In this document: positions 37,280 through 51,377 of the stretch, piece after piece | Layout: each line of letters begins with the position of its first letter | Numbering within the stretch: position 1 is the stretch's first letter | Assembly: GCA_951804945.1 (NCBI GenBank) | Contig: OX638153.1 | Span: 30,938,001-31,002,000, forward strand | DNA length: 64,000 bases | Reading direction: 5' to 3' | Origin: Podarcis cretensis | Taxonomy: Eukaryota | Made by a program: the position numbers and the translations under genes | The notes under the pieces: model-generated | What the model was told of the DNA's origin: nothing | The model's input: the letters and a program-made list of their open reading frames with translations, nothing else | Databases searched by the model: none

Positions 37280-37655
37280 TGGGATAAATTCAATTCAGTT
37301 CACATTTAAATTATGTATGAACCTACATAATTTTCACTTTGAAACAATAAGCAAAGCAAAACACAGCCATCCTTTGAAACTTGCACTTCTCTGACTTTAT
37401 CAATGCAGTTCTCTAGCAAAGTAATTGTGCAAAATTCGCAAACAAGACTAAGGTGTGCATAAAAATGCATATAGCAGTGGAAATTACGTTAGAATGCATT
37501 GTATTAGGGAAAATGAGTGTATTAGGCAAAATTGCATAGAAACATGTATCTTAGAAGAAATATGCTGATGAATTTGTGGAAATGTGGAGATTGAATTTAA
37601 GATTGGAAAAAATTAACAAGTGAGTGAAACTGAAACTGATTCGTCTATCCCTACT
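37280..37655. repeat. Unclassified old interspersed repeat (probable DNA-transposon remnant); related AT-rich block at ~44480-44780
   Basis: Repeated aaatgcata/gtattagg motifs ending in tatccct. Family assignment from memory only. Confidence 0.4.
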
Positions 37656-38799
37656 TGCCAATGAATTTCACTAGTTTTATTACTTTATTATTACTACACT
37701 TAAGATTCTGCATCTGTTTCACCTGAGTAGAAGCTCAAGCCTTCATTTTTAATTTCTCTTTAGGTGAAATTTCAGAGACAATTCTATTCCTCAGCCAAGT
37801 TGAGCCTTTTCTAGAAAAGAGGACCTTCAGCCATGTCAACCCATGAAAGGAAAATATATGGGAGTCGATAAGACAATGTGATTGCACACTTGATATCTTT
37901 GTAACTGAATCACTTGAGCTTGACCTTACTCTTTTTTTTGAAGTGGTTATGCTTCATCTTCTAGCTATAATGTTCTTCTGTCAAGTGAAAACCTTGTATT
38001 TGTAGAAGGGCTGTATATAAAAAAGTTTCTGCAGTATGTTCTGAAGCAACCAATATAAAACACAATTTGAAAATGTTGGCCTAGAATTATTATATATTTC
38101 TTCACCGCCATGCCTGTAGTTTAACAGAGAGATAATTAATTAAACTGGGGAAATAAAATCAGTATTTTTACTTTTCATTGAACATTTCGTTTGCTTTTGC
38201 TACCCTAAATTTAGCTTCAACAATTGGGGGTGGGGGAAAGCCTACAACAATCATTTTTAATATTGCTGAGTTAATTCCTAATCAAATTCATCAGCTATCT
38301 TCTGACATTAGACAGCTTTTTGCACATTTTGCAAATGTTTCCAGCCCAAGCAGAAAATATACTCACTGACCTTTACCATAATAATAGGGGATAATGACAA
38401 ACTAATTATATATTTCTGGATTGACAAAAACCAGAAATGAAACTTGCCTTTGGTGCATGGATTACTGGAGCCTTCACTAACTTAAAAAATTGCCTTTTAG
38501 AAACATACAGACACTGGTGTTACGTATCATCTATACCAATAGCGAACTCAACTTTCTGAGTGCTGGTCCTTATGCAGTCAAAACAGCACCACCCAAAGGC
38601 AAGAGGGAAATATGAGTAGGCTTAGGTGAGCAACAGAGTTTGCAGAAATACAAAAACCAAAAAAAATACCTTCCCCCCACAAAACCTTTAAGGTGGTGGT
38701 GGGGAATGAAGGAGAGGGGGAACGACACCCTGAAATGAATGTTCACTGACATCTGAGATACCCAACTGTACAGCCTGCTGGAGTAAGGAGGCACAGACA

Positions 38800-38840
38800 C
38801 TTCCTTCCTTCCTTCCTTCCTTCCTTCCTTCCTTCCTTCC
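38800..38840. repeat. (TTCC)n microsatellite, about 10 units
   Basis: Direct reading. Confidence 0.96.
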
Positions 38841-39953
38841 TAGCTACCTACACTGTTTCCCCCCCTGACGGGACTCAAGGCGGCTTACAGATAAACATTT
38901 ATTACAGAGGTAATTTTCTGGCTTTTCTGACTGCACAAAACCAGAATCCATAATAGACCCACCGGCAGAAGCAAAATACACCACAGTGGTGGGTAACTCA
39001 ATTCACCACATGCCAAAATCAGATGCTCAAACTGCATGTGGCAAAATACGCCAGTAGAAATTCCCCTTTTCCTACAATAATGCTTTCTACTGAAAACTGT
39101 TGAGTTAGTATCAGTTAGTTCCAAGCAGATTTCAAAACTGCAGTTTCAGCTTGCAGACACAATCCAAAAAGAAAATGCAAAACAGCTTAATCACTTGTGG
39201 CTTTGATGTATTCTGCATGATTTTCTATGATGATAGGTGGCCTCCCCAATGTGATAGACCCAGGGGTAATGATTAAGTTATTGATGTATGTCAACAGATG
39301 CAATCATGTTTATTATGGCTGTGAGACTGACTCTTACTCTGCAGACACACAGATTCCTCAGAAGAACGTTCAGGTTATTTTGGCAATAACTCTGTTGGAT
39401 AAGAGTGGTGTGAGAGAATATGGACCATTCTATTGGCCAGATAAAAGATGGTGCTGATAAACAAAACTGTTATAACCAATTCAGAAAATAAGAAATGTTT
39501 AAGGAGATGATGCATGAAGAATTATTGGCTCATGCAAGGGGCTTCACCTGCACATATGGCAGAACTTCCCCACAAGATGTTGACATGTTTCTCTAGCCTT
39601 AGGAATGGTCCCACAACAAAACTTACTATGGTAAATTGTAGTCTGAATTTATTTCATTCAAAATATCAGCTCACTAATATTCGGGTCTGGTTCCTAAGCC
39701 AAACTATGGCTCCGTATGAGCAAGCAAGTGTGTGGGTATGGGGAGCAAAAATTGTGCTTGCTTTGCTTCTTTCTGGTCCTGCGGCTGCCACACCACCAGA
39801 GGTAAACTATGGTTTGACTTAGCATTATGTGTAAACCCAGGGTTGTTGTTTTTCTCTCTCAAATTAACCCTATGCACTAATCCAAGAACAAACCTTAACT
39901 TCAGCTCATGGTTTGTTTGGAGTGACACAAACTATAAGTTCAAGTTCACATGT

Positions 39954-40250
39954 TGTTGTTGCTTAGTCGTTTAGTCGTGTCCGACTCTTCGTGACCCCAT
40001 AGACCAGAGCATGCCAGGCACTCCTGTCTTCCACTGCCTCCCGCAGTTTGGTCAAACTCATGGATTCTTCATGGATCACTGCCTTGCCGTGGCAAAGGGG
40101 CTTGAATAACTCAGAGAAGCTATGAGCTATGCCATGCAGGGCCACCCAAGATGGACAGGTCATAGTGGAGAGTTTTGACCAAACGTGATCCACCTGGAGT
40201 AGGAACCGGCAAGCCACTCCAGTATCCCTGCCTAGAAAACTCCATGGACA
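39954..40250 (-). mobile_element. RTE/BovB-type LINE insertion: ~120-bp 3' end on the minus strand joined to an inverted ~180-bp 5'-UTR segment
   Basis: Minus strand encodes the RTE C-terminus MSLTKLREAVEDRSAWHALVYGVTKSRTRLND with a (CAA)n tail; 40073-40250 reads as BovB-like 5' sequence on plus (gccacccaagatggacaggtcatagtggagag...ggcaagccactccagtat); 12-bp TSD aagttcacatgt at 39942-39953 and 40251-40262. Confidence 0.85.
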
Positions 40251-42337
40251 AAGTTCACATGTAATGCTAAGCAAAATCATGGCTCAGCTCCTGGTAGCAA
40301 AGCAGCAAACAGGAGGAGAAGCAAAGTGGCTGTGTTTTTTGCTCTGTGTACCTACATGTTTGAGCGTACATTGCTTATGTGTTAAACCATTATGTGTGAA
40401 CAGGGCCTTTGACTTCACTATGTAAACATGATCAAGTGAATTTGTCCTTGGATTTAGAGCATACCAAAGCAGGTTATGCAAGTGACTTATTTATTAAACT
40501 TGACAAATATTTGCGAACAACAGTGCAAAGTTAAAAAACAACAGCTTCAAACTCCGAAGGGAAAAAGTTACTAGTTTTATAGTGGCAGGCAGGGGAAAGA
40601 CTCAGACCACTCCATAGATGTGTTTTTTCTGTCTGATCAGCTAGCAAATGTTGGCTGTCAACCGAGCTATATGATTTTGCTAGGCTGAGATCAAATGCAT
40701 AATAGCGGGTGTCAAGAAAGAAGCAACACACCTGTGCCCATCCTATAATTTTTTTCACAGCAGTAAAACGTTTTTTCAAACTCAAATATAATTAATGATA
40801 CTGATTATTTTTTTTAAGCTTTAAAAACAGAAACTGGCCTCTGTAGAGAAAGGGAAACACTGAAAATATTGCTTGAAGCACACTTGAGTGTTGTGAAAAT
40901 AATGCATGATGCTGCAGGAGGAGGAGGAGAGAGAATAAGGAAAACCTATGAATTTCTAGCAATGTTGCCCAGCTCCAGTTTTACCAGTGCAGTTTCTACC
41001 ATGGGATATTTGGATTAAAGGTTGTGATTACTGGTCTTTTGGAAGGGCCTGGAGGTTTATCACCAAGCTGCCTGCCTGGAACAGTTTCAGTGCATAAAAT
41101 GGGTACAGCAATTCACAAATCCTGCAGTTTTGTCTGCATCAAGATTTCCATTATTGACAGTTCTCTCCCAAAACATGCTAAAAGGAGGGTGTGGAGAAAC
41201 AAACAACAAGAATAAAATCTACACAAAAATCTACACCACACTTACAAACCTCAAGCCAACTGTAACTAAAAAAAGGGAGAGATGGTAAAATAGAAATATC
41301 CTATTTGGAACCATGAGCAGTAATGTCAGTAACAAAGCGGTCTCAAATCCAGTTTCTGACAAACAGGTGATAAGCTTGAGTGGCTTATCAGTAGACAAAA
41401 CAAATAGAAATATGGAGTTCAGATATGAATTTGCAAATTCAAATACTTCAAAACTGAAATTATGAAGATGGCATATTTTTTGAGACAACATGATGAATAC
41501 TTTACTTTATTTTATTTATTTCACCCCCCTATTTCTTTTTCAGACACAGTTTTTTAAAGTTCCTGTGTATTGTTCTAGGAGATTTCCAAATTCAGTTCAG
41601 ATACTTTGAATATTCTTTGTTTGTTACAGAACAGTGAAAAGAAAGTTGCAAAAACATAAACGTTGAGAGTCATTAATGGCAAAACAACAGCTTAACAGCT
41701 GTAGCCAGGCATAACAGACACACATCTGAAAACAACATCCCGATTCCTGAAGCTCAGTTCAGGCACAGATAAAAATTAAAATATTCCACTTCTTCACTGA
41801 CTGATTTCTAGCCTAACATTATGTTTGTCAAAACATAATACAGACACAATTACTGATATCATATGGTTAATTCATTCACACCGTAAGAGTAAAGAATATG
41901 GTGGAAAGCAGGCAAAAAATGGGATTGTTTTATCAGTAATTGGTCTCCTTATATTAATTTTTGTAAATATAATCTTTTATTTTAAAATTCAGAACTTTTC
42001 AAGATACTGTGAGTCTTAGGGTTCTTTTGCTGTTTGATTATATGTCAATATCTGTTTAGATGTTGTTTTTATTGACTTGTGTGTGTTCTACAAATATATA
42101 AACTTTTTTTAAAAAATATACTCACAGAACATTTTAAAATGGGATTGTAGAAGAGGTTGCATGCAAAAATGATATGGTTTATCAATAGATGTTATGAAAA
42201 GAGGAATTGTCTTTAATGTTCTACTGTGAAAGTCTAACACTTTATAGCTTGGATTGAGTGCCAGGAAGATTATCACCTGGCCAATTCCTCTAACTTTGCA
42301 ATCATACTTGTTCTACAAGAACTCCTTATGGACTCAC

Positions 42338-42416
42338 CTGACACAATTGTGTAGCCAATACCTCTGGGACGTCCCTTGTCCTGGTCAATTGCTGTTATCA
42401 TACGCACAGTTGTACC
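42338..42416 (-). CDS. CDH23: CDH23 exon (human exon 9 equivalent), 79 nt, phase 0/1: GTTVRMITAIDQDKGRPRGIGYTIVS(G)
   Basis: Hand-translated, not in the ORF track. Acceptor ...tttcctttgtggtccacag|GGT, donor TCAG|gtgagt; phase matches the next exon. Confidence 0.97.
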
Positions 42417-45400
42417 CTGTGGACCACAAAGGAAAGAGGAAAAAAAGAGGATTCCAGTTTTGCAGGCACTGTGGAATTTGTTTCCGTATCATTTATCATC
42501 CTTACTGGGCAGTTCCCCACTGCATACCCTTGCAATTTGTTTCATAATTCCTAACTTCAAACATGCTAAATAGCCCTTATGAATGGATCCAGTGGCAAGC
42601 CCAGCTTGTCTAAAGAGAGCATGGGCAAGTCAGCAGTAGATGCTGAAATTGCTTATCTTACTTAATTTAATCATGAGCTATTTGCGAGGTGCTCAAGGAC
42701 TACAAAAAGCATCTTGCTGGATTTCCAGAGCAAACTCCCACAGCTAATGGTAGCCTTTTAATATCCAAGTCTTCCACTCCTACACACCTATTGTACTAAA
42801 CCTCAGTCTTGAACTGCAACCCTCAAAATGACACTAACCGAACATGACCCATGGGGCATCCATGTTCTTGTGGGCAGGCATGAGAGGAATTGAGTGGTGT
42901 CTTTTGTTTTTAAAAGTGTAAGTGGATGCTCCAACACCATTTCCTTTGTCACTTATCATGAGTCCAAGGAGCTGGAGCTGAAGTTAGGTCACCAAGGTGA
43001 ATGCGGCTATTAGTGACAGAGCTTTGCTTCTGATTTGGGTCACTTACTCCTGGGAGCTGAAACAAAGAAATCCCAAACAGAGGCCATGGGAGGCAGGTAC
43101 AGATCTAAAATGCACAAGCAACTTATGGACTTTACCTCATTTTTTGCTGCTTCTGAAAAGAACAGTGAGTTGTTTATTTTACTATGATGAGTTGCTCCAT
43201 AATAACTGTCTAAGCTTGTAGTTCCACACATCAAATTTTGCACGGTAATCATTTTATACTATTGCCAACGACGTACAACTTGGAGAGATACTCCTATACC
43301 CTCTTCCCCAAACTAAAATTAGTTTCTCCATTATTCTTTGAATGAAGCAGCTCTGTCAAGTAAGTAACCAAGACTTCCTGGTCCTTTTTTTTTTCCTGCT
43401 GCCACCTCCTGTCTCCATTGAAAAGTTACACTCCTTCAATAAAATGGACAACAAAAGTCAACTGCAAGTACATCTGAAACTCCTCACTTTGAACAGCCAG
43501 TCTCCGTTTCTTCCTAAGGAGTAGGATATTGGTTAGAGCTGCCTTGAACAACCTGGTGCCTTCCATATGTTTTGGACTACAACTCTCTTCAGCCCCAGAT
43601 TGGTACCAGGTTGGTAAAGTCTGGGTGAAAAGGTCAGTCAAAGGGTGCATAGAGAAGGAGAATTATGATTCCAACCCAGAACCCCTGGTTTTAAGCCTTC
43701 AGCTATGGTGTGTTGCATACTACTCAAGATAGTCTTCATTCATGTGGCTAGGATCAGAATGAAACTTCATACAGGGCTCTGTAATGGTTATGAAGCTTCA
43801 ATCAACCACCTGCATCAAAAGGCAGCTCTGGATGTGTAATAGGGAAACTATCCACAATGGGTAAGGGAACAGGGAAGGCCGCACTTACATGGTGGCATGT
43901 GTAGGCAAGAACACCCTCCATCTACAGATCAGAGTTATTGAACTAGAGCCTTCTTTTCCCCTTAGCCTCTACATCTTTCAGCATAAAAGCTATGAATTTT
44001 CTCCTAAGGTCATGGTTACTCAACAAATGCCCATATTTACACACATAATAATAATTAATGTAGTGTGAACATATTTTATGGCTTTAGGCTGTTCTGCTTT
44101 CCTTTGTTTATTGAGACCCAGGGAAAAGAGGTGTCCATTTTGCCCTCAGGAAAAAAAATGCCAACTGTGGCATTTGCAGTCTAATGAGACAGCAAGAACA
44201 CACATCTGCCTTGGCAGCAGCAAACTAACATTGTAATTCATCCGATGAAGGCCGAAGGTCAGACAGAGTTGCTTCACTTCTATCTCTTATCCAAATACCT
44301 TATTAGCCCCATTTTTCTTCATAAGTACTTTTAGACAGCCAGTTATTTGTTTTTTTTAATCTTGGCATTGTGTAAATTGGTGCAATCAACAGAAATAGCT
44401 ACTTCTAATAGACAAATATAAATACACCTGAAGTCTAACAATTTTCCTGACAAATGAGAAAGATATAGCTCAGTTATCTCAGTTATAGGCAGAAAATCTG
44501 CATTCAAATGGAGGCAATTTCAAACACATTTTCTCACAAAATATGCATTTCTAAAGGTATTTTATCCTTAAAATGAAATTCTATATACATTTTGGTATGT
44601 TTTTTTGATGCAGATATGCAAGATCTGAAGAATAACCATATTTTGGTCAGCATATTAGTAGCATCTCTAACACACACAACACACACTTTGTATTTTATAC
44701 ATGTATATAAGCACGCTTGCATATGAAAAAATAAATGTGTTAAAAAGGTAATTTTTAAAAATCTATATGAACACTTTTAACAGTCCTTAACCATGCATTG
44801 CCATGAATAAATCTAACACAAACAGAGAGGTGACGGTTACTCACTAGCAGCAACAAAACAAATCCATTTTGTAAGTGCTATTAAAACCTACAGTTTCATA
44901 TTGGGCTCCTTCAGTACTATAGATACAGAAAACTATTTTTCAAAATGTTGTGCTGAAAGTTCTTTGAAGCCATAGACTGTATTCCAGGCATTTCAAAAGA
45001 CACTTTACGAATGTGTTCACATTAATCTGAAGACATTAACTATAAATCCTTGGTAACTGACCTTTGAATAAAATACCGTGCTACAGCCATGCTACTAACG
45101 GAAGGGAGAGTGTCTAAATCATCAACAATGATTATGTTTTCCAAGCCAGTAAATACAGCTAAAGAGGCTACAGGTCACTTACATTTACCATCACTCCTTA
45201 GTCTGGCAAGCTAGTTTAGTCAAAATTTAACGTAGCTCAACAGCAGAGTACATTCCTTTAAATGCATGAATTCCTGCATTCAGTTCCTGCCATCTCCAGC
45301 TACAGCACCTCAGGTAGCAAGTCTGAGAAACCATTTTCCTAGGATCTTGGACATCCATTGCCAAGTACAGTCTACTTTAGCAGTTGGACCAGTCATCAAC

Positions 45401-46599
45401 TATTTCTGTATAAGGCAGCTCATATTTGCATACACAAACCATTTCCACCATCTTCCTCAGTTTTTAAAAGCTATTTTTTAAGCAAAATGTTTAGTGCCGT
45501 CATATACAGCACTCAGTTCTGGATAGCCCCTCTATAGCTAACTACTCAGTTTAGCCACAATAGCCTTCAGAACACTGTCATGAACTAAGTTTATATACTG
45601 ACATTCAAAGGCATTGGAATCTAAGTCCAAGGCTTAGCTGTTTTGCAAAAGCAATTAGTTCTCTGTGGAATCATTTGCCTCTTCGTAAGCAAACAGCAAA
45701 TGTTCCAAGAGATCAAAATTACTCAATTCTCGTGCTTACTTTTGATGCGAGATACTCACCGTAATATTATTTCATTTTAATGTACTGGTTTAATGACAAA
45801 TTCTTATAAATGCACCCTGAATAGTAGCAGCTGCTACATATCATGTAAGATGAAAGACTTCAAAAAGCACAAGACCTCTGACATGATCAGGGGTATACTC
45901 TGCTAAATGAAAAGTGAACATGGTACTCATGACTTAGGATAGATTCAGGCAGTTGCATTTCCTTATAGCAAGAGTAGGGAACTTCTAGCACATAGGACTT
46001 CAGTTAGCCTCTTCCAGCGCCCCAGCACAGTGTTTCCAAATGCCTCCTCTTCTACAGTCTTGTTTTTCCTGCTGCTGAGTTGACCTCTCCTTGGGTGACC
46101 TCTCCTCTTCATGGTCTCCCCTCTGCTGCTTAGCAGACTGGCAGGCAACACCTGCGTAGCAGGGAAGCAGGGGTGGGGGTGGGGGGCTGGCTGCAGAGTC
46201 CTGCTGTCAATTTTCTCTTCCTAGAAGCCAAGCAATCTGCCAGTTAAGACACAGCTCTCTACGTTTGATGGGAATGGTATGTGTCTGCACATGAATGGAT
46301 TTCAATGTGTACACTGTATCCTGTTTTTTTAAGTAACCAATAATTTATAGAAGCAAACGTTTGATTTCTCCTGTATTTATCATTATTTGATTATGTATAC
46401 TTGCTTTTAAGCTTTGATTTGTCTATTTTTGATAAATATTTTACACCATCTTATGTATATTGCTTAGATATTCTTAAATTTTGATTAAATGGTCCATATC
46501 TTCTTAAAAAATTTTTTTTAATAAGAAAACTATTAGAAGATTCACACAATCAAGATCAGATGTTATATTATGAATAGATGATATAGTAATCAAATTATA

Positions 46600-47120
46600 C
46601 AAACAATTATCTATTTGTATTACCTATCCGTTATCATATGAGCAGCTTTATATCTCAAAATATTGAAAATCCAAATTTTGTTGGTGGGGGCAGTAAGTTC
46701 CTTACTAACAAAAGGATTCAATTTACCATGAAAAGCAAATATATTTCTACAGCAAATGGTCTCTAGTCTTTGAATATAAGGGCTTTTTCCCAAAATGAGT
46801 TAATTCTCTTAAATTGTGGTTATCTTTATGGTATTTTCAAATATATTGTTTGGAGATACTCAAGCCATGAGGATGATTTAGACCCTCATTCATCTTTGAA
46901 TACACCTGAAGAACCTTCTTGCTTTCAATAGTTTAATGCTTCTACGCATTCCCAGTTCTATATAATCTACGACTGATTTCAATGGGGAGCGATTTGGGCT
47001 TAAGGACATCTTGCAATGACCCCAAATCTTCAACCAACTGGAAAGAATCCGAGTCTACATAAAGATTTGAAAATGGCAGTGAAGAAACTAATACGCAGAA
47101 AAAGAAATAATTCTGCATAA
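46600..47120 (-). mobile_element. Possible highly decayed L1-clade LINE ORF2 C-terminal fragment
   Basis: Minus-strand peptide remnants LPIE, SWLEYLQ and FWEK resemble motifs of non-mammalian L1 ORF2 C-termini; many stops and frameshifts; boundaries uncertain. Confidence 0.35.
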
Positions 47121-48789
47121 CACAAGATTTAGTGATCCCATCCCCAACGTGCTACCCTTTAATTTGTAATTCCCACGGGAGAGACATGAAGTTCTGGCAT
47201 CTCATTTGTAAACTAAAGTGCTCCTACATTCCAAAAGCGCTGGGTGAAACCATGGCCTATCTGACAGTTCACTCATCACTTGTCAAAAGAGAGAGCGTAG
47301 CTTAGAATGGTAAGTGTCACAAACCGTGCGGCACATTTCAAAAGGAAGGCAGCTGCTGAGCAGGGTGGGTTTAGTGATGGCACAGGAATAGCAAATGGTT
47401 TGTAAATATTTATGGGGCAGCTTTACCCTAACAAGCAAAACCTTTTGTGGCCTCCATGTGTTATGATCACAGGCAGAAATAGCTTAGTACTCTTGGTTCG
47501 CATTGTAAAGGAGGAAGGGCTTTCCTCTCTGAAGGACCTTTGTGTTGAATCCAAGGTCATCAACACAGGGTACATATACTCATATATCAAGGAACAGTGT
47601 GATCCTGTGCATGACTCCTCAGAAGTAAATCCCATTGAGTTCAAAGGGGCTTCCTTCTAAATAAGGGAATGCAGGACTGGGGTCTTATTTGTTCTCCCAA
47701 AGAGGGAAAAATAAGTTCATGCATACTGTAGAAGAAAATGCACCAGTTCTCATTTACACCTGGACACCTGGAAGTGTGAAAAGTAGATTGGTAGGCAACT
47801 CACACAATGTCCATCAGGACTTCATCTTAATATGAAGCAACCCTTGGTTTCTCTGGGTCTTATCTGTATTCAGGTTTGCTTTTGAAAACAAAAGGGAACC
47901 CTGGTCATTACAATTATTTTTCTCAGGATATTCTGTGTATCATCATCTACTGCTTACCTGCTGCTCAGCACAGCAAGTGGCTATGCAGAAGTGCTGCAGA
48001 TAACAATAGTTTTGAACAGGAACACAGGAAAACCCTTCCCTCACAAGGCACAAATGAAAGGGAGACATTGTGGAACCTACTAAACTCTTCTGCTAAAATA
48101 ATACACATAATTCTTCACCATCTTCCTTTTCCAGTGAAAGGGAGATGATCTATTATAGATCCCCTTTAATAAAATGTTGAGCTTCTAATAAAACACTCAC
48201 AGGTAGACTAAAATATTATAAGGAGGAATTAACCGAGACACACTGAGCCTCTGGGGCAGTGACAACACAAATCAACTCTGTTTCTTTAACACGATGTTCT
48301 TTCTTAAATGAGGACCTGGAGGAAGATGTTATCTACTTGTTATAGGGGCAGCTGCTAGGCCAGAATTAAAACACCCACTGTGATCACAAAATCTATAAGG
48401 GTGTATATATGAACCAGGCTGCCAGCTTTTCCCCTTGCAGATTAAAGTCCTGGGACAGCAAACTGAGGGCGTTTTCTGTTGTGGACTCAAAATTTTGCAA
48501 GGGAACAATTGCTTAACTGCTTGGTTTTTCATTGAAACAGGAACCACCAAGTTGTAAAAGGAAACCAGTGCCTTCGTAATGGAATTGATGCTGTCCATCG
48601 ATTGTCAACACTCCTATGCTACAATGCAGAGTTGTGCCACTGTCACTAAGGATAACCTACAGGGCAATGCTGGTTTAAGGTGTTACTATGAAGGTGTTAC
48701 TACTCTAAACCACCTTAACAGCTTGCAACCAGTTTTCTTGCAGGGTCACCTTACCCTAAATAGGATCACTCAGCTGCCTCAATCTGCAG

Positions 48790-49160
48790 AATGGGAACTG
48801 TTACAGGTGCCACATAATAACTCATTCTACACTCGTAATGAATCGATCTTTTCGTGTAGCAGCACCTACACTCCTGCCTATTGGCATTGTGCAGGCACCT
48901 TCGCTGTACACTTTCTGGCACCTGCTTAAAACATTTTGTTTAGGCAAGTCTACCCAGACATGCAGAAGCTACATGCACTTTATTAGTTTTTAGCTACCAT
49001 TGCTTTTAACTTTCCTTTTAATATTTTTAAATAGCTGTTTTTAACTTTTTTAAAAATTAGTAACTTTAATGTTTTATTTTATACTTTTATAAACTTCTCA
49101 AGGGGCTTTCTTACAACTGAGCAGTATATAAATTCTGCTAATCAATCAATCAATCAATCA
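48790..49160 (+). mobile_element. L2 LINE 3' end
   Basis: cttttcgtgtagcagcacc...caggcacc...cctgcttaaaacattttgtttaggcaag, then a T-rich 3' UTR and (AATC)n tail. Confidence 0.65.
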
Positions 49161-50136
49161 GTTTATTTGCTTGGACACTGTGTACGTGCACATGCATGCA
49201 TTGGGTTTACACAAGCAGAATCGGAGTTGTATAGCCCTCAGAATATTTTAAGAAAGAAGGCACATGCAGATAAATAGCTTGCAATGTCTCTCCCCACTTT
49301 CCTGTCTGTTATATCATGTTTAGGGGGGAAAGGGGTCACCAAGGGCACATGAAAAGTGTTTTTGTGTTACACCACAATATACTTGTTCTATAAAAATGAA
49401 ACTATAGCATTCCTTCCTTCCTTTCTTCTATTATAGGATTAAGGACTTAAAAGGCAAACTGGAACCCCATATCGCAGGAGGAGGAGCTGGGGGTGGGGAG
49501 GGGAAGAGAAGGGTGCTGAAGAAAGCCGCCACAGCAGATTCCAGAGGCAAGAAATCCTATTTCGCACTCCTTAATTCCAGTCAAAGGGCTGATAGGAATC
49601 TGCTTGCAGTAATTTGCTGCAGTTTATCCAGTTCTTTTCCTTCTGTCGGCTCTTCAGTGACAGGCTGGGTGACATGCTGTTACTCGAGTGAGGAAATTAA
49701 AATTTGATGCAATAATCCCAAAAAGGAGGATTTTATTAGGTAATGTATAAAGTTTTAGATTAGGCGCTCCTGCTTGATACAGAGATAGAAAAAAATCAGG
49801 CACGCTGCGCACCACTGATAAACAGAGAAAGAAATGTAAGTAGACAGACCAAGAACAATTGCTGGAGTCCTTTCCTGACCTTTGTTCAGCTTATTAAATC
49901 AGCATAAGGAGCACCTTTCATGTATGAGAGGCCTGCATGTGCAGCAGGAGCAGATAACCATATGAAAACAGAAAAAGGCATGCAGACCTTCAGATTTTAG
50001 CATCGGAAATCCAGTAGCAACCAATGTGTCAGGGAAGAGCCATGGAGCCACCCTGCTTACACCACCAGCAGCAGTAGCCATGGTGGTGGCAAGATTAGGG
50101 CTATGTGAATACACCAGCTGGAGCATCAGATTGGTA

Positions 50137-50284
50137 CAGTGGTACCTCCGGTTGTGAACGGGATCTGTTCTGGAGGTCCGGCTGGATCCTGAGGTTTTCG
50201 CAACTGGAGGCAGTCTCCGGGTTTGCCGCTTTCACAAGCTGAAGTTTATGTTGCCCAAGGGTAACATAAGCCGAGGTGCTAGTG
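50137..50284. mobile_element. Short Tigger/pogo-like MITE (deletion derivative, opposite orientation to the 20571 and 32018 copies)
   Basis: TA|cagtggtacctccggttg ... gaggtgctagtg|TA. Confidence 0.8.
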
Positions 50285-50291
50285 TACTTAA

Positions 50292-50472
50292 CAAGCTGTC
50301 TTCTATCAGACCATTGGTCCATGTAGCTCAGTAGTGTCTACACAGACTGGCAGCACCTCCCCAGGTTTTCAGGCAGGTATCTCTCCCAGCCCCACCGGAA
50401 GATGCCAGAGATTGGACATGGGACCTTCTGAAGGCAAAACAGATGCTCTCCGACCAACCTATGACCCTTCCC
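50292..50472 (-). mobile_element. Squam2-like SINE
   Basis: cagaccattggtccatgtagctcagta...gactggcagc...gggaccttctg...cagatgctct...cccttccc. Confidence 0.8.
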
Positions 50473-51377
50473 TGATTCACTACCACTCAGGTAAACTGTG
50501 GTGATGCTGGAGTCAGGAGTGCGGCTCTGCCCAAGCATACTAGGAAAATCCATTTATGACAACGTGCATCATCCAAATTCAATGTTGGTATATACGTGTA
50601 CTGCATGCACTTCACCATGGCAAGTTCTCGATACAACACACGTAATGTAGTAGGTCAGGATAGAAATGGCACACCAGTGATTTTAGACATTTCTATTGCA
50701 CTCGTAAGCTTAAAATACTTATGCTCATGTAGTTATGTATTGAGACTACAATGTCAAAAGCGGTCCAGATAAAAATTATCTGCAAGCTATTTCATTGCTG
50801 CTTAAAAAAGAAAGAAAGCACCCTCCCACTGATTATTTCTAGATGGAGGGAACCAATAAAGCCTCATAATTTGAGTGAAAATTATTCATTAGTGTTTCTG
50901 GATATGTTTTACATCTGTTCACTATTCTAAGAAGCACTGAGCCAATTAGGTTGCAGAAAGTATTGGCCGGAGATACAAGCAAATCCCTTGGAGATATGAA
51001 AGCATTCAAAGAATATTGAGAGGGAAGATAGATAAGAATAATAATTCAATGCTGTTGTTTTGACGTGAGTTGGGTTGTTTTTTTTTTTGTCAGGCTGAGA
51101 ACAAGAGAGGCAAATGTCAGCATGCACAAGCAATTTTATGTTCCTCTGTGCTCTCTCTATTGACTTCCCAAACAGTTCCCTAGAGGAAAAATACATGTCA
51201 TTGTACATCCTCAATCCATCAGTCATATAGAGGACCTTCTCTGAACATTTACCTGTTTAACAGACTCCAAATGACAACAGAGAACATGATGTGGAAATCA
51301 GACAGTATAAACTCAGTATACCCTAAGAAGAAATGCACTGGGTCAGAATTTTTATTCTCACATTAATTCCTTTAGAC

